From: an uncultured Chloroflexia bacterium
GTDB taxonomy: Bacteria; Chloroflexota; Limnocylindria; QHBO01
Direction: 5' to 3'
Assembly (NCBI GenBank): GCA_963699235.1
Contig: OY969424.1
Coordinates: 1,914,964 to 1,978,963 of the forward strand
DNA length: 64,000 nucleotides
A program made the position numbers and the translations under genes. Below, one piece after another: positions 18,424-27,234 of this stretch. How positions within the stretch are numbered: the stretch's first letter is position 1; each line of letters begins with the position of its first letter. A model generated the notes under the pieces. The model saw only the letters and a program-made list of their open reading frames with translations, ran no database searches and had not been told where the DNA came from.

Positions 18424-19938
18424 ATGGGCATCTCGATCCGATTCCTCGGCGCGGCCGGCGGCGTGACCGGCTCGCAGTTCCTCCTCACGGTCGGCGAGCG
18501 GCGGGTGCTCGTGGACTGCGGGCTGTTCCAGGGCGGGATGGAGGAGATCGCCCGCAACCGGATGGCGTTCTCGTACGACGCGGGGGACGTGGACGCGGTG
18601 CTCCTGACCCACGCCCACAACGACCACGTCGGGCGGCTACCGGCCCTCGTCCGGGCGGGCTACCGCGGACCGGTGTTCGCCACCGATGCCACCGCCGACC
18701 TGGCCGAGATCGTGCTGGCCGACAGCGCCCATCTCCAGGCCCGGGCCGCCGAGCGCTGGGCGCGGCGCCACCCGGAGGAGGCCGCGACGAAGACCGGCGA
18801 GTCGGAGGCGGTCGCGTCCGAGACGGAGATGGCCGCGGTCGCCGCCCGTGCGCCGCAGCCACCGGCGATGGAGACCACGACCCACGCCCCGCTGTTCGAC
18901 CTCGACGACGTGCGGCGGACGATCGAGCAGGTCCGCCCCGTCGCGTACGCCGCCACCACGCCGATCACCGACGGGATCGAGGCGACCTTCCACGACGCGG
19001 GCCACATCCTCGGCTCGTCGATCATCGAGCTGCGGGTCCGCGAGCCGGGCGGCACCGAGCGGGTGATCGTGTTCTCCGGCGACCTCGGCCGTCCGGACAC
19101 CCCAATCCTGCGCGACCCGACGCCGCTGACCGCGGCCGACGTGGTCATCGTCGAGTCCACCTACGGCGACCGGGAGCACCCCGCCCAGGAGCAGGCCATC
19201 GACGAGCTGGTCGCGGTCGTGACCGAGGTCGCCCGCAGCGGGGGCGTGCTCCTCATCCCCGCCTTCGCCATCGGTCGAACCCAGCACCTCGTCTGGCTCC
19301 TCGACGACCTCGTCCGGGACGGACGGATCCCGCGCCTGCCCCTGTTCATCGACTCGCCGATGGCCTGCGAGGCGAACGACGTCTACCTCCGCCACCCGGA
19401 GGGCTACGACGCCGAGACGCTCAGCCTCCTCCAGTCCGGCGACTCGCCGCTCATCTACCCCGGCCAGGCATGCACCACCAGCGTGGACGCCTCGAAGGCG
19501 ATCATCGGCAGCCCGCGGCCGTTCATCCTGGTGGCGGCGTCGGGGATGCTGACCGGCGGGCGGATCCTCCACCACCTCAAGGACCTGCTTCCCGATCCGC
19601 GGGCCACGCTCCTGTTCATCGGCTACCAGGGGGAGGGGACGCTCGGCCGCCACCTCCAGGACGGGGGCAAGGACGCCCGGATCGACGGCGCATCGTGGCC
19701 GGTCCGCTGCCAGGTCCGATCGATCACCGGCCTGTCCGCCCACGCCGACCAGACCGAGCTCGACGCCTGGATCGGGCACTTCGGCGCCATGGCCAAGACC
19801 GATGGACGCCCGCGCGCGATCTACGTCACCCACGGCGAGCCGGCGGCGGCCACTGCCTTCGCGGGGCGCATCAGCCACGACCTGGGCGTGTCGGCGGTCG
19901 TGCCCGCGCTGGGCGAGACGGTGGCCATCCCCGACTGA
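18424..19938 (+). CDS. beta-CASP family MBL-fold nuclease
   Basis: 504 aa with LVDCGLFQG, LLTHAHNDHVGRLP (HxHxDH), beta-CASP motifs and a C-terminal LSAHADQTEL. It diverges from the ligase gene across only 38 bp. Confidence 0.85.
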   Translation: MGISIRFLGAAGGVTGSQFLLTVGERRVLVDCGLFQGGMEEIARNRMAFSYDAGDVDAVLLTHAHNDHVGRLPALVRAGYRGPVFATDATADLAEIVLADSAHLQARAAERWARRHPEEAATKTGESEAVASETEMAAVAARAPQPPAMETTTHAPLFDLDDVRRTIEQVRPVAYAATTPITDGIEATFHDAGHILGSSIIELRVREPGGTERVIVFSGDLGRPDTPILRDPTPLTAADVVIVESTYGDREHPAQEQAIDELVAVVTEVARSGGVLLIPAFAIGRTQHLVWLLDDLVRDGRIPRLPLFIDSPMACEANDVYLRHPEGYDAETLSLLQSGDSPLIYPGQACTTSVDASKAIIGSPRPFILVAASGMLTGGRILHHLKDLLPDPRATLLFIGYQGEGTLGRHLQDGGKDARIDGASWPVRCQVRSITGLSAHADQTELDAWIGHFGAMAKTDGRPRAIYVTHGEPAAATAFAGRISHDLGVSAVVPALGETVAIPD

Positions 19939-19964
19939 CGCCGGTCGGGCTACCATCCGGGCTC

Positions 19965-20786
19965 ATGTCGCCCCGACCGTTCGTCAGCATCCTCACCGAC
20001 TTCGGCGTCCGCGATCCCTCGGGCGCCATCTGCGAGGGGGTCATCCTCGGCATCTGTCCGGACGCATCGGTCGTCCACATCAGCCACGAGGTGACGAAGT
20101 TCGCCATTCGCGACGGCGCCCTCATGCTGTGGTGCGCGGTTCCCTACTTCCCGATCGGCGCCCACATGGCGGTCGTGGACCCCGGTGTCGGCACCGCCCG
20201 GCGGCCGGTGGCCATCGAGACCAAGCGGGGTGACGTGCTCATCGGCCCCGACAACGGGCTCCTCATGCCGGCCGCCCAGCGGCTGGGTGGGGTGGTCGGC
20301 GCCCACGAGCTGACCAGCGAGGCGCACCGCCTGCACCCGGTGAGCACCAGCTTCCACGGGCGGGACATCTTCGCGCCCGCTGCCGCCCATCTCGCCGGAG
20401 GGCTGCCCGTGGCCGAGCTGGGGCCGGCCTTCGATCCGACGAGCCTGGTCAGGCTCGAGTTCTCGCCGGCGACCGCGATCGATGGCGGAGTCGCTACGAC
20501 GGTCGTCTACATCGACACCTTCGGCAACTGCAAGCTGGCCGGCATGCGGGACGACCTCGAGGGTGCCGTTGGACCGATGACGCCCGGGCGGGGCGTCCGG
20601 ATCGCGGTCGAAGGAGCGGGTGGACGGGCCATGGCCTGGGCCGACACCTTCGGCGACGTCGCGGTGGGCCAGCCCATCCTCTACGTGGACTCGTACGACC
20701 GGCTGACGATCGCCGTCAACCAGGGCAGCGCCGCCGCCGACCTGGGGCTGGCCCAGGACCAGCCGATCCAGATCCTGGTCGCGTGA
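19965..20786 (+). CDS. SAM hydrolase / SAM-dependent halogenase family protein (DUF62)
   Basis: ATG at 19965 gives MSPRPFVSILTDFGVRDPSGAICEGV..., with VVDPGVGTARRP, GPDNGLL, FHGRDIFAPAAAHL and YIDTFGN. 273 aa. Confidence 0.85.
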   Translation: MSPRPFVSILTDFGVRDPSGAICEGVILGICPDASVVHISHEVTKFAIRDGALMLWCAVPYFPIGAHMAVVDPGVGTARRPVAIETKRGDVLIGPDNGLLMPAAQRLGGVVGAHELTSEAHRLHPVSTSFHGRDIFAPAAAHLAGGLPVAELGPAFDPTSLVRLEFSPATAIDGGVATTVVYIDTFGNCKLAGMRDDLEGAVGPMTPGRGVRIAVEGAGGRAMAWADTFGDVAVGQPILYVDSYDRLTIAVNQGSAAADLGLAQDQPIQILVA

Positions 20787-20796
20787 CCCAGCCGGC

Positions 20797-22446
20797 GTGA
20801 CCGAGCCGGTCGCCGTCGTCGAGGGCCTCTCCTTTCGCTACCAGCGTCGGGCGGACCCGGCCCTGCGTGACGTCTCGCTCCAGGTCGCTCCGGGCGAGGT
20901 GCTGCTGGTGGCCGGTCCCTCGGGGTGCGGCAAGTCCACCCTCATCCGGGTCCTGAACGGCCTCATTCCGCACGCCTACAAGGGCGACCTGACCGGGACC
21001 GTTCGGATCGCCGGCCAGGACACCAGCGTCACTCCGCTCCGGTCTCTGGCGACCACGGTCGGGACGGTCCTCCAGGATCCGGCTCGCCAGCTGGTGGCCT
21101 CCACCGTGCCGGCGGAGCTCACCTTCGGCCCGGAGAACCTCGGGATCGAGCGGGACGAGATCGGTCGTCGGCTGGCTGAGGTCGCATCGGCCAGCGGGCT
21201 CGACCCACTCATGAGCCGGACGACGGACGAGCTGTCCGGGGGCGAAAGCCAGCAGGTCGCCATCGGGGGCGCCCTCATGCTCGCGCCCCGCATGCTCGTG
21301 CTCGACGAGCCGCTCGCCAACCTCGATCCCGCGGCCGCCCAGCGGCTGCTTGCGGTCATCCGCCGGCTCGCCGACGAGGGGACGGCGGTGGTCGTCGTCG
21401 AGCATCGGATCGAGGACGTGCTCGAGGCTCGGCCGGATCGGGCTCTCTACCTCGACGAAGGCGAGGTGCGCTACCTCGGGCCGATGGACGGCTTCCTGGC
21501 CACCGCCGATCCGACCACCGTGAAGCTGCCCTTCGATGCCTGGGTCAGCCGCGCGCGGGCCGCCGAATCCCGCCCCGCTCATCCCGAGGCGGACTCCAGC
21601 GAGCCTTCCGGTGATGCCGATGCCCCGCCCCGCCTCGAGTGGCGTGACGTGGACGCGGGCTATGACGACCGCCCGGTCCTCCACGCGATCACCGCCGGCC
21701 TGGGCCGTCGCCAGCGCGTGGCCGTGCTCGGCCCGAATGGATCCGGGAAGACGACGATGTTCAAGACCGCGATCGGGCTTCGTCCCCTGACCGGTGGTGA
21801 GGTGCGGGTGGACGGCGAATCCATCGCCGGCCGTGGCGTGGCGGAGCTGGCCGGCACGTTCGGGTACGTGTTCCAGAACCCGTCCCAGATGCTCTTTGCG
21901 GCGACGGTCCGCGACGAGCTCCTGTTCGGGCCGCGCAACGTCGGCCGCGAGGAGGCGACGCACGACGCGATCGTCGCCCAGGCCCTCGATCGGGTGGGCC
22001 TGGCTGACGAGGAATCGATCGAGTCTCGACCTCCGCGGACCCTCTCTCACGGCCAGCAGAAGCGGCTCGCCATCGCCGTCGCACTGACCCTCGAGCCCCG
22101 GACGTTGGTGCTTGACGAACCGTCCGCCGGGCAGGACTATCGGAGCGCTACGGCGTTCATGAGGGAGGTGGGTCGGATCGCCGGATTGGAGAGCGTCTAT
22201 TTCGTGACTCACGACGTGGACCTGGCGTTGACCCACGCTGATCGAATCCTCCTCCTGCGCGATGGCCGACTGGTGGCCGATGGCGCGCCGCTGGAGGTAA
22301 TAGCCGATCGGGAGCGCTGGAGGGCCTGCAACCTGCGCACGACGTCCCTGATGGAGGCGAACCTGCGCTGGGGCGACCGCTCTGGACGGTTCCTCGGCCC
22401 CGATACCCTCGCGGACCTCGTGGCGTCGGCTGCGACGCAAAGGTGA
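20797..22446 (+). CDS. ECF/ABC transporter ATP-binding protein with duplicated ATPase domains
   Basis: 549 aa. Two Walker A sites (GPSGCGKST; GPNGSGKTT), two signature motifs (LSGGESQ; LSHGQQK) and two Walker B sites (LVLDEP twice). Confidence 0.9.
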   Translation: MTEPVAVVEGLSFRYQRRADPALRDVSLQVAPGEVLLVAGPSGCGKSTLIRVLNGLIPHAYKGDLTGTVRIAGQDTSVTPLRSLATTVGTVLQDPARQLVASTVPAELTFGPENLGIERDEIGRRLAEVASASGLDPLMSRTTDELSGGESQQVAIGGALMLAPRMLVLDEPLANLDPAAAQRLLAVIRRLADEGTAVVVVEHRIEDVLEARPDRALYLDEGEVRYLGPMDGFLATADPTTVKLPFDAWVSRARAAESRPAHPEADSSEPSGDADAPPRLEWRDVDAGYDDRPVLHAITAGLGRRQRVAVLGPNGSGKTTMFKTAIGLRPLTGGEVRVDGESIAGRGVAELAGTFGYVFQNPSQMLFAATVRDELLFGPRNVGREEATHDAIVAQALDRVGLADEESIESRPPRTLSHGQQKRLAIAVALTLEPRTLVLDEPSAGQDYRSATAFMREVGRIAGLESVYFVTHDVDLALTHADRILLLRDGRLVADGAPLEVIADRERWRACNLRTTSLMEANLRWGDRSGRFLGPDTLADLVASAATQR

Positions 22447-22480
22447 CATCGGCACGCATCGGAGGAGGCTCGGACCGCGC

Positions 22481-23062
22481 ATGACAACCGTCGCTCAACC
22501 ACAGCCCACCGAGAGCCCGTGGTCGGTCACGACCCGGGTCATCGTCTACAGCGCCATTGGCGCGGCGCTGTACGCGGTGTTCAACTGGATCTCGTTTGCG
22601 ATCCAGATTCCCGGCGCCGAGAGCGTCAGTGTGCGCCCGCACTACGGGCTGCTGACCTTCTTCGGCTTCAGCTTTGGTCCCATCGTCGGCTTCCTGACCG
22701 GGTTCGTCGGGAACGTCGTCGGTGACCAGCTGACCGGCTGGGGGGCCTTCACGTCCTGGCACTGGAGCCTGGCCAACGGCGCCGCCGGCCTGATCGCCGG
22801 CCTGTTCCCGATCTGGATGGCCAGCCGAATGACCAGTGTTGGCAGCAAGGCGCTCATGGCGGCGGTGGCCGGCGTCATCGCGACGGTCGTCGGCTTCCTG
22901 TTCATCTTCTTGGGGCTCATCGTGACCCCCGAGATGGACTTCAACGCCATCCTGACCACCGAGTACATCCCGGTCGTCATCGCCAATGCCATCGCCGCGG
23001 CGATCGTGACACCCATCCTTGTTCTCGCCTGGGAGCCGATTTCGGCCCAGATGGGACGCTGA
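22481..23062 (+). CDS. ECF transporter S (substrate-capture) component, substrate unknown
   Basis: 193-aa polytopic membrane protein between the ECF ATPase and T-component genes. No substrate-specific signature recognised. Confidence 0.7.
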   Translation: MTTVAQPQPTESPWSVTTRVIVYSAIGAALYAVFNWISFAIQIPGAESVSVRPHYGLLTFFGFSFGPIVGFLTGFVGNVVGDQLTGWGAFTSWHWSLANGAAGLIAGLFPIWMASRMTSVGSKALMAAVAGVIATVVGFLFIFLGLIVTPEMDFNAILTTEYIPVVIANAIAAAIVTPILVLAWEPISAQMGR

Positions 23063-23083
23063 CCTAGCCCGCCCGCGAACCCG

Positions 23084-23926
23084 ATGCGGGCAGCCTTCGC
23101 GTACCTGGGTCGGGGATCCTGGCTCGCCCGCCGGGATCCCCGATCGATCCTTCTCGCGGCATTCCTGTTCGTGCTGGGCGCACCGCAGATCCGCGACTCA
23201 CGCCAGCTGTTGGTGGTCGTCGCGCTGGCGCTCGGCTACTACTTCCTGGCCGGCATCCCGTGGGCGGCGGTGCGCCGGCAGTGGATCTACCTCGTCATCG
23301 TCATCACCGCCGTCGCGACCATCAACGCCCTCATCACCGGCGGTCAGTCCGGCGACTTCCGTGGCAGCGACACCCATGTCCTGGCCACCCTGCCGCCATT
23401 CGGGACCGAGATCACGGCCGAGGGCATCAGCCTGATCGTGACCCAGCTCCTGCGGTTCATCGCCATCGCCGCGGTAGGCTTCCCGGTCGCCTACGCCATT
23501 GCGCCCGGCGATCTAGGCCCGGCCCTGCGCCAGCTCCACCTCGGCGACCGGATGCCGGTCATGGTCGACCTCACCGTCCGATTCATCCCGACCCTGTCCA
23601 CCGAGTTCGGCGAGACCATCGATGCTCAGCGCGTTCGGGGATTCGACCCGCTCCAGCGTGGTGGCGGACCGATGACCCGCCTGCGCCGCCTCGCCCCGGT
23701 CTTCGTGCCGGTGACCGTCGGCTCGCTGACCGGCGCCGAGGACACGATCGACGCCATGGACCTCCGCGCCTTCGGCACGGGGAAGCGGACCTGGTTCCGC
23801 AAGCTCCGCATGGACGGCCGGTCGTGGCTGGTGGTCGCCGCCTTCCTCGCCTTCCTGGTCATCGCCACCGCCCTCAACGTGACCGGAAACTCCGAGCATT
23901 TCCTCCTGCCCTTCCTCGTCCGCTGA
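23084..23926 (+). CDS. ECF transporter transmembrane (T) component, CbiQ/EcfT family
   Basis: 280-aa membrane protein with the family-typical Arg-containing coupling helices (RFIPTLSTEFGETIDAQRVRG; DAMDLRAFG). Confidence 0.85.
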   Translation: MRAAFAYLGRGSWLARRDPRSILLAAFLFVLGAPQIRDSRQLLVVVALALGYYFLAGIPWAAVRRQWIYLVIVITAVATINALITGGQSGDFRGSDTHVLATLPPFGTEITAEGISLIVTQLLRFIAIAAVGFPVAYAIAPGDLGPALRQLHLGDRMPVMVDLTVRFIPTLSTEFGETIDAQRVRGFDPLQRGGGPMTRLRRLAPVFVPVTVGSLTGAEDTIDAMDLRAFGTGKRTWFRKLRMDGRSWLVVAAFLAFLVIATALNVTGNSEHFLLPFLVR

Positions 23927-24177
23927 CGACCCTTCGGAGCGGACCCACGCTCAGCGTCGTGGACAGGGCGTGGATAACTCGGCCACCAACCCGCGAAACT
24001 CGTGGATAAGGCGCTTGGCGAACCACGGATCGTCTCGTATTGTTCTGGTTGTCCCGGAGGAGCCGGACGAGTCGGGAGATTGCATCAAGCGGCCCGCCAG
24101 GTTCCTCCGGGGCGTTTTTGCGTCCAGGACGGTTTCGGGCTACAGTCTCGCTTTAGATCTCAAAGCGAGTCCCAACC

Positions 24178-24588
24178 ATGACCTCGACCTCCCCCACCGC
24201 CCACCTCGATGCCGACGTGCAGCGCGCGCTTTCGCGCCCGCACCGGATCGACATCACAACCACCGGCCGCACGTCCGGCCAGCCACGCCGCATCGAGCTC
24301 GTCTTCCACGTCATCGACGGCCGCATCGTCATCAGCGGCATGCCGGGCCGTCGAGACTGGTACGCCAACCTGGTCGCCAACCCGCACATGACCTTCCACC
24401 TGACCGGTCCGATCAAGGCCGATCTGCCCGCGGTCGCCCGTCCGATCACCGAGCCCGAGGAGCGGCGACGGGTGATGGAGGCGGTGACGCGCAACTGGCA
24501 GGCCGAGGATCGGTTCGAGACCTTCTACCGGCACAGCCCCTTGATCGAGGTCACCTTCCCCGAGACCGCCATCGACGGGGCGGCCTGA
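24178..24588 (+). CDS. deazaflavin (F420H2)-dependent nitroreductase family protein (Ddn-like)
   Basis: 136 aa with TTTGRTSGQPRRIELVFHVIDGRIVISG and WYANLVANP, typical of the small split-barrel F420H2-dependent reductases. Confidence 0.8.
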   Translation: MTSTSPTAHLDADVQRALSRPHRIDITTTGRTSGQPRRIELVFHVIDGRIVISGMPGRRDWYANLVANPHMTFHLTGPIKADLPAVARPITEPEERRRVMEAVTRNWQAEDRFETFYRHSPLIEVTFPETAIDGAA

Positions 24589-24634
24589 CCAGGCCCCCCG
24601 GTCGACCTCCCGGTCGACCTCCTGCCCGATTCGG

Positions 24635-26026
24635 TCAGTTCAGCGGATCGCCGTCACCGGCCTGGAACAGCCCCAGCGCGCCACGTCCCACGAAGTTGAA
24701 GGCGTGGGTGACCATCGGGTAGAGCCCGTCCTCGGGCATGACCATCTCGACGATGGCGCCCTGGGCCGGCGACAGGTCAACCGCCTGCGACCCGTAGTTG
24801 CCCTCGTTGCCGGGCACCAGCCGCACGCCCTCCTTGGTGACTCCGCTGAAGATGGTGCCCACCACGTGGAAGCTGCTGTCGATGCTCGGGCCGGCATTCA
24901 GGACGAAGATCCGGACCCGATCACCGGTCTCGACCGCGATCGGGTTGTCCACGTACTGGTTGGCGACGCCGTTGAACACGACGTAGTCGGGAGCGGGAGC
25001 GGGCGCGGCCGCCTTGGTCAGGCTCGCCGGCTCGCCCTGGGGCCCGAGATACCACTCGCTCTGGACGACCGCCACCTCGGCGTCAACCGGCGGCAGGCCC
25101 TCGGTCGGCTCGACGATCACCATCCCGTACATGCCGTTGGCAATGTGGTGGAGCGCCGGTGACGTCCCGCAGTGGTACATCCACACCCCGGCGTAGTCGG
25201 CGGTCCACTCGTAGACCTTTTCCTCGCCGGGGTTGATCGTCGTCATCTCGTCGTTCCACGCCACCTGCGATGCGTGGAAGTCGATCGAGTGGCCGACCTG
25301 GTTGGTGTCGGGGTTGATGAGGTGGACCCGGATCGTGTCGCCGACCCGGACCCGGATCACTGGGCCGGGCACCGTCCCGTTGTCGGGGGTGGTGCCAAAG
25401 GTCCAGACCGCCTGGACGAAGCCACCCTCGTCACCCTGGGCCACGGTCATCATCTTCTCCTGGATGTAGAGCTCGATGTCGTGGACCTCCCCGTCGAGGC
25501 GGGCCGGTGCCTCGGGCGGGAAGAGGACGTAGTCGGCAGCGTCCGGGTCGGGCTCGACATCGGTCGTGGGAGCCGGGCCGCCGTGGTCATCGCCACCGCC
25601 GGCCGAGGGACCCTCGCCGGCGACGGTGACCGTGCCGGTCATGCCGCCATCGGCGTGCCCGGGGACCGAGCACAGAAACGTGGTCCCGCCCTCGGGGATC
25701 GTCACCTCGAACTCGATCATCTCGCCCGGGTCGGCAGCCTGCGCGGTGCCGCCCTCGAACGTGATGTCGTGGAGGATGGCCCCGTCGTTCATGAAGTGGA
25801 CCGTGTATCGACCCGGCTCCGCCACGTCGACCGTCGAAGGCTCGAAGCCCAGGTCGAAGGCATTGATCGTGATCTCACCCAGGATCTCGCCCTCCCCCGC
25901 CGGAGCCGATGCGCCCGGGCTTGCCGCGGGGTCGCCGCCGCCCGCACTGGCGGTCAGGACGGCAAAGATGAGGGATAGCAGGATGACGCTGGTGACGGCG
26001 GCGCCGTAGACGAAGAGACGGCCCAT
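24635..26026 (-). CDS. nirK: copper-containing nitrite reductase with N-terminal fused cupredoxin domain
   Basis: ATG at 26026 follows AGGAG. It has a signal/TM (LFVYGAAVTSVILLSLIFAVL) and a plastocyanin-like domain (YTVHFMNDGAILHDITF ... FLCSVPGHADGGMTG). The NirK core carries HSIDFH and WMYHCGTSPALHHIANGMYG (T1/T2 Cu ligands). 463 aa. Confidence 0.85.
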   Translation of the reverse strand: MGRLFVYGAAVTSVILLSLIFAVLTASAGGGDPAASPGASAPAGEGEILGEITINAFDLGFEPSTVDVAEPGRYTVHFMNDGAILHDITFEGGTAQAADPGEMIEFEVTIPEGGTTFLCSVPGHADGGMTGTVTVAGEGPSAGGGDDHGGPAPTTDVEPDPDAADYVLFPPEAPARLDGEVHDIELYIQEKMMTVAQGDEGGFVQAVWTFGTTPDNGTVPGPVIRVRVGDTIRVHLINPDTNQVGHSIDFHASQVAWNDEMTTINPGEEKVYEWTADYAGVWMYHCGTSPALHHIANGMYGMVIVEPTEGLPPVDAEVAVVQSEWYLGPQGEPASLTKAAAPAPAPDYVVFNGVANQYVDNPIAVETGDRVRIFVLNAGPSIDSSFHVVGTIFSGVTKEGVRLVPGNEGNYGSQAVDLSPAQGAIVEMVMPEDGLYPMVTHAFNFVGRGALGLFQAGDGDPLN

Positions 26027-26042
26027 GCTGTGTTGCTCCTTC

Positions 26043-26579
26043 TCAGATAAGAGGTGATGGATCGGGTTTGGATGGTTCGGGCGCGGATTCCGAATGGGCC
26101 GCTGGGCGCAGTGTGGCCCCGTCGAGCTCTCGCAGGAGCCAGTCGACGGTGTAGCGCGCCGCGCGGTGGAGGAGGGCTCGGTCAGCGACGAAGCCCAGGG
26201 GACCGCCGGGCGGGACGTAGCGACCGATGATCGCGATCTCGCCCGGGCGGGCCCTGAGCCACCCCGAGAACACGGGGAACAGCGGGGCAAGGCTGGCGGA
26301 CCGCCAGCTGATCTCGACCTTGAGGGACTCGGACCCGCTGCGCGTCACGGGGCCGATGTCCACGTAGGCCGACTTGTGGATCACCGCCCGGGAGCCGCGC
26401 GACGGCGCGCCAAGTCGGAGGTCGGTGGCGTAGCGCCGCATACCGTGGGGTGCTCCCTCGGCGCTGACGCCGAGCCAGGCATCAGGCCCGCCCGCCGCGA
26501 GACGCTGCCCGATGACATCGATCGCGATATCGGTGTGGAGGCTTGCCCGGAGGTGGGTGGGGCCGGTGGAGGTGGCCAT
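26043..26579 (-). CDS. hypothetical protein, immediately upstream of nirK
   Basis: ATG at 26579 gives 178 aa (MATSTGPTHLRASLHTDIAIDV...LKVEISWRSASLAPLFPVFSGWLRARPGEIAIIGRYVPPGG...). The composition is protein-like, the stop lies 16 nt before the nirK start, and no family is recognised. Confidence 0.55.
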   Translation of the reverse strand: MATSTGPTHLRASLHTDIAIDVIGQRLAAGGPDAWLGVSAEGAPHGMRRYATDLRLGAPSRGSRAVIHKSAYVDIGPVTRSGSESLKVEISWRSASLAPLFPVFSGWLRARPGEIAIIGRYVPPGGPLGFVADRALLHRAARYTVDWLLRELDGATLRPAAHSESAPEPSKPDPSPLI

Positions 26580-26826
26580 GTGCTGGATCACGCCGCGAGG
26601 TCGCTCGGCGCCCAGTGGAACCAGAGGGCGGCGGCAAGGACGGCGACGTCCACGACCAGCGCTCCGATCGTGCTGGTGGTGGGAAAGGCGAGCGGGAACA
26701 TGAGAGGGACACAGGCTGACGTCCGGCCGCCCGTGGAGGCAGGTGCGAAGGTCCCGAATCGACGGGCCGTTCGGCTGTAGTCCGCGGGAGCCGGGAGGTC
26801 CCACGCTGTGTGCACTGGAGGCTTCG

Positions 26827-27234
26827 ATGGTCAACCTGGTGCTCGCGGCATTCCTGGCGGCGCATGGCCTGGTCCACGGGATGTTCCTCGTGCCTCGGCC
26901 GCCGGCCAGCGCGGATGCGCCCACGTGGCCGTTCGACATGACCGATTCGTGGCTGGTCCGCCACGCCGGCTTGACCGTCCGCGCCGTTCGCGGCCTGGGA
27001 GCCGGATTGGCGATCGTGACCATCGTCGGGTTCGGCCTGTCCGCGCTCGCGACCGTGGGGTGGCTCGTGCCGGCCGACCTGTGGGCGCCGCTCGTCCTGG
27101 GCTCGGCGGCCGCCTCCGCGCTCCTGCTCGGTCTCTGCTTCAACCCACGCCTGGTCCTCGGATTCGCGATCGATGGTGCCCTGGTCTGGGCCGCGGTTGT
27201 CCTGAGCTGGTCTCCCGCGGTGGACACGGCATGA
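26827..27234 (+). CDS. membrane protein (4 predicted TM helices)
   Basis: ATG at 26827 follows GGAGG. Sequence is MVNLVLAAFLAAHGLVHGMFLV... (135 aa). Its stop overlaps the next ORF start (ATGA). Confidence 0.6.
   Translation: MVNLVLAAFLAAHGLVHGMFLVPRPPASADAPTWPFDMTDSWLVRHAGLTVRAVRGLGAGLAIVTIVGFGLSALATVGWLVPADLWAPLVLGSAAASALLLGLCFNPRLVLGFAIDGALVWAAVVLSWSPAVDTA

Noticed and set aside
23957-24009. Replication origin suggested by DnaA-box-like motifs
   Set aside because: There are only two or three boxes and no AT-rich unwinding element. No dnaA, dnaN, parAB or rpmH context is present. It is kept only as a low-interest regulatory observation.
24599-24622. Tandem duplication CGGTCGACCTCC x2 between the convergent Ddn-like and nirK genes
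   Set aside because: It is only two copies of a 12-mer in a 46-bp convergent spacer. It is probably a slippage duplication with no evident function.
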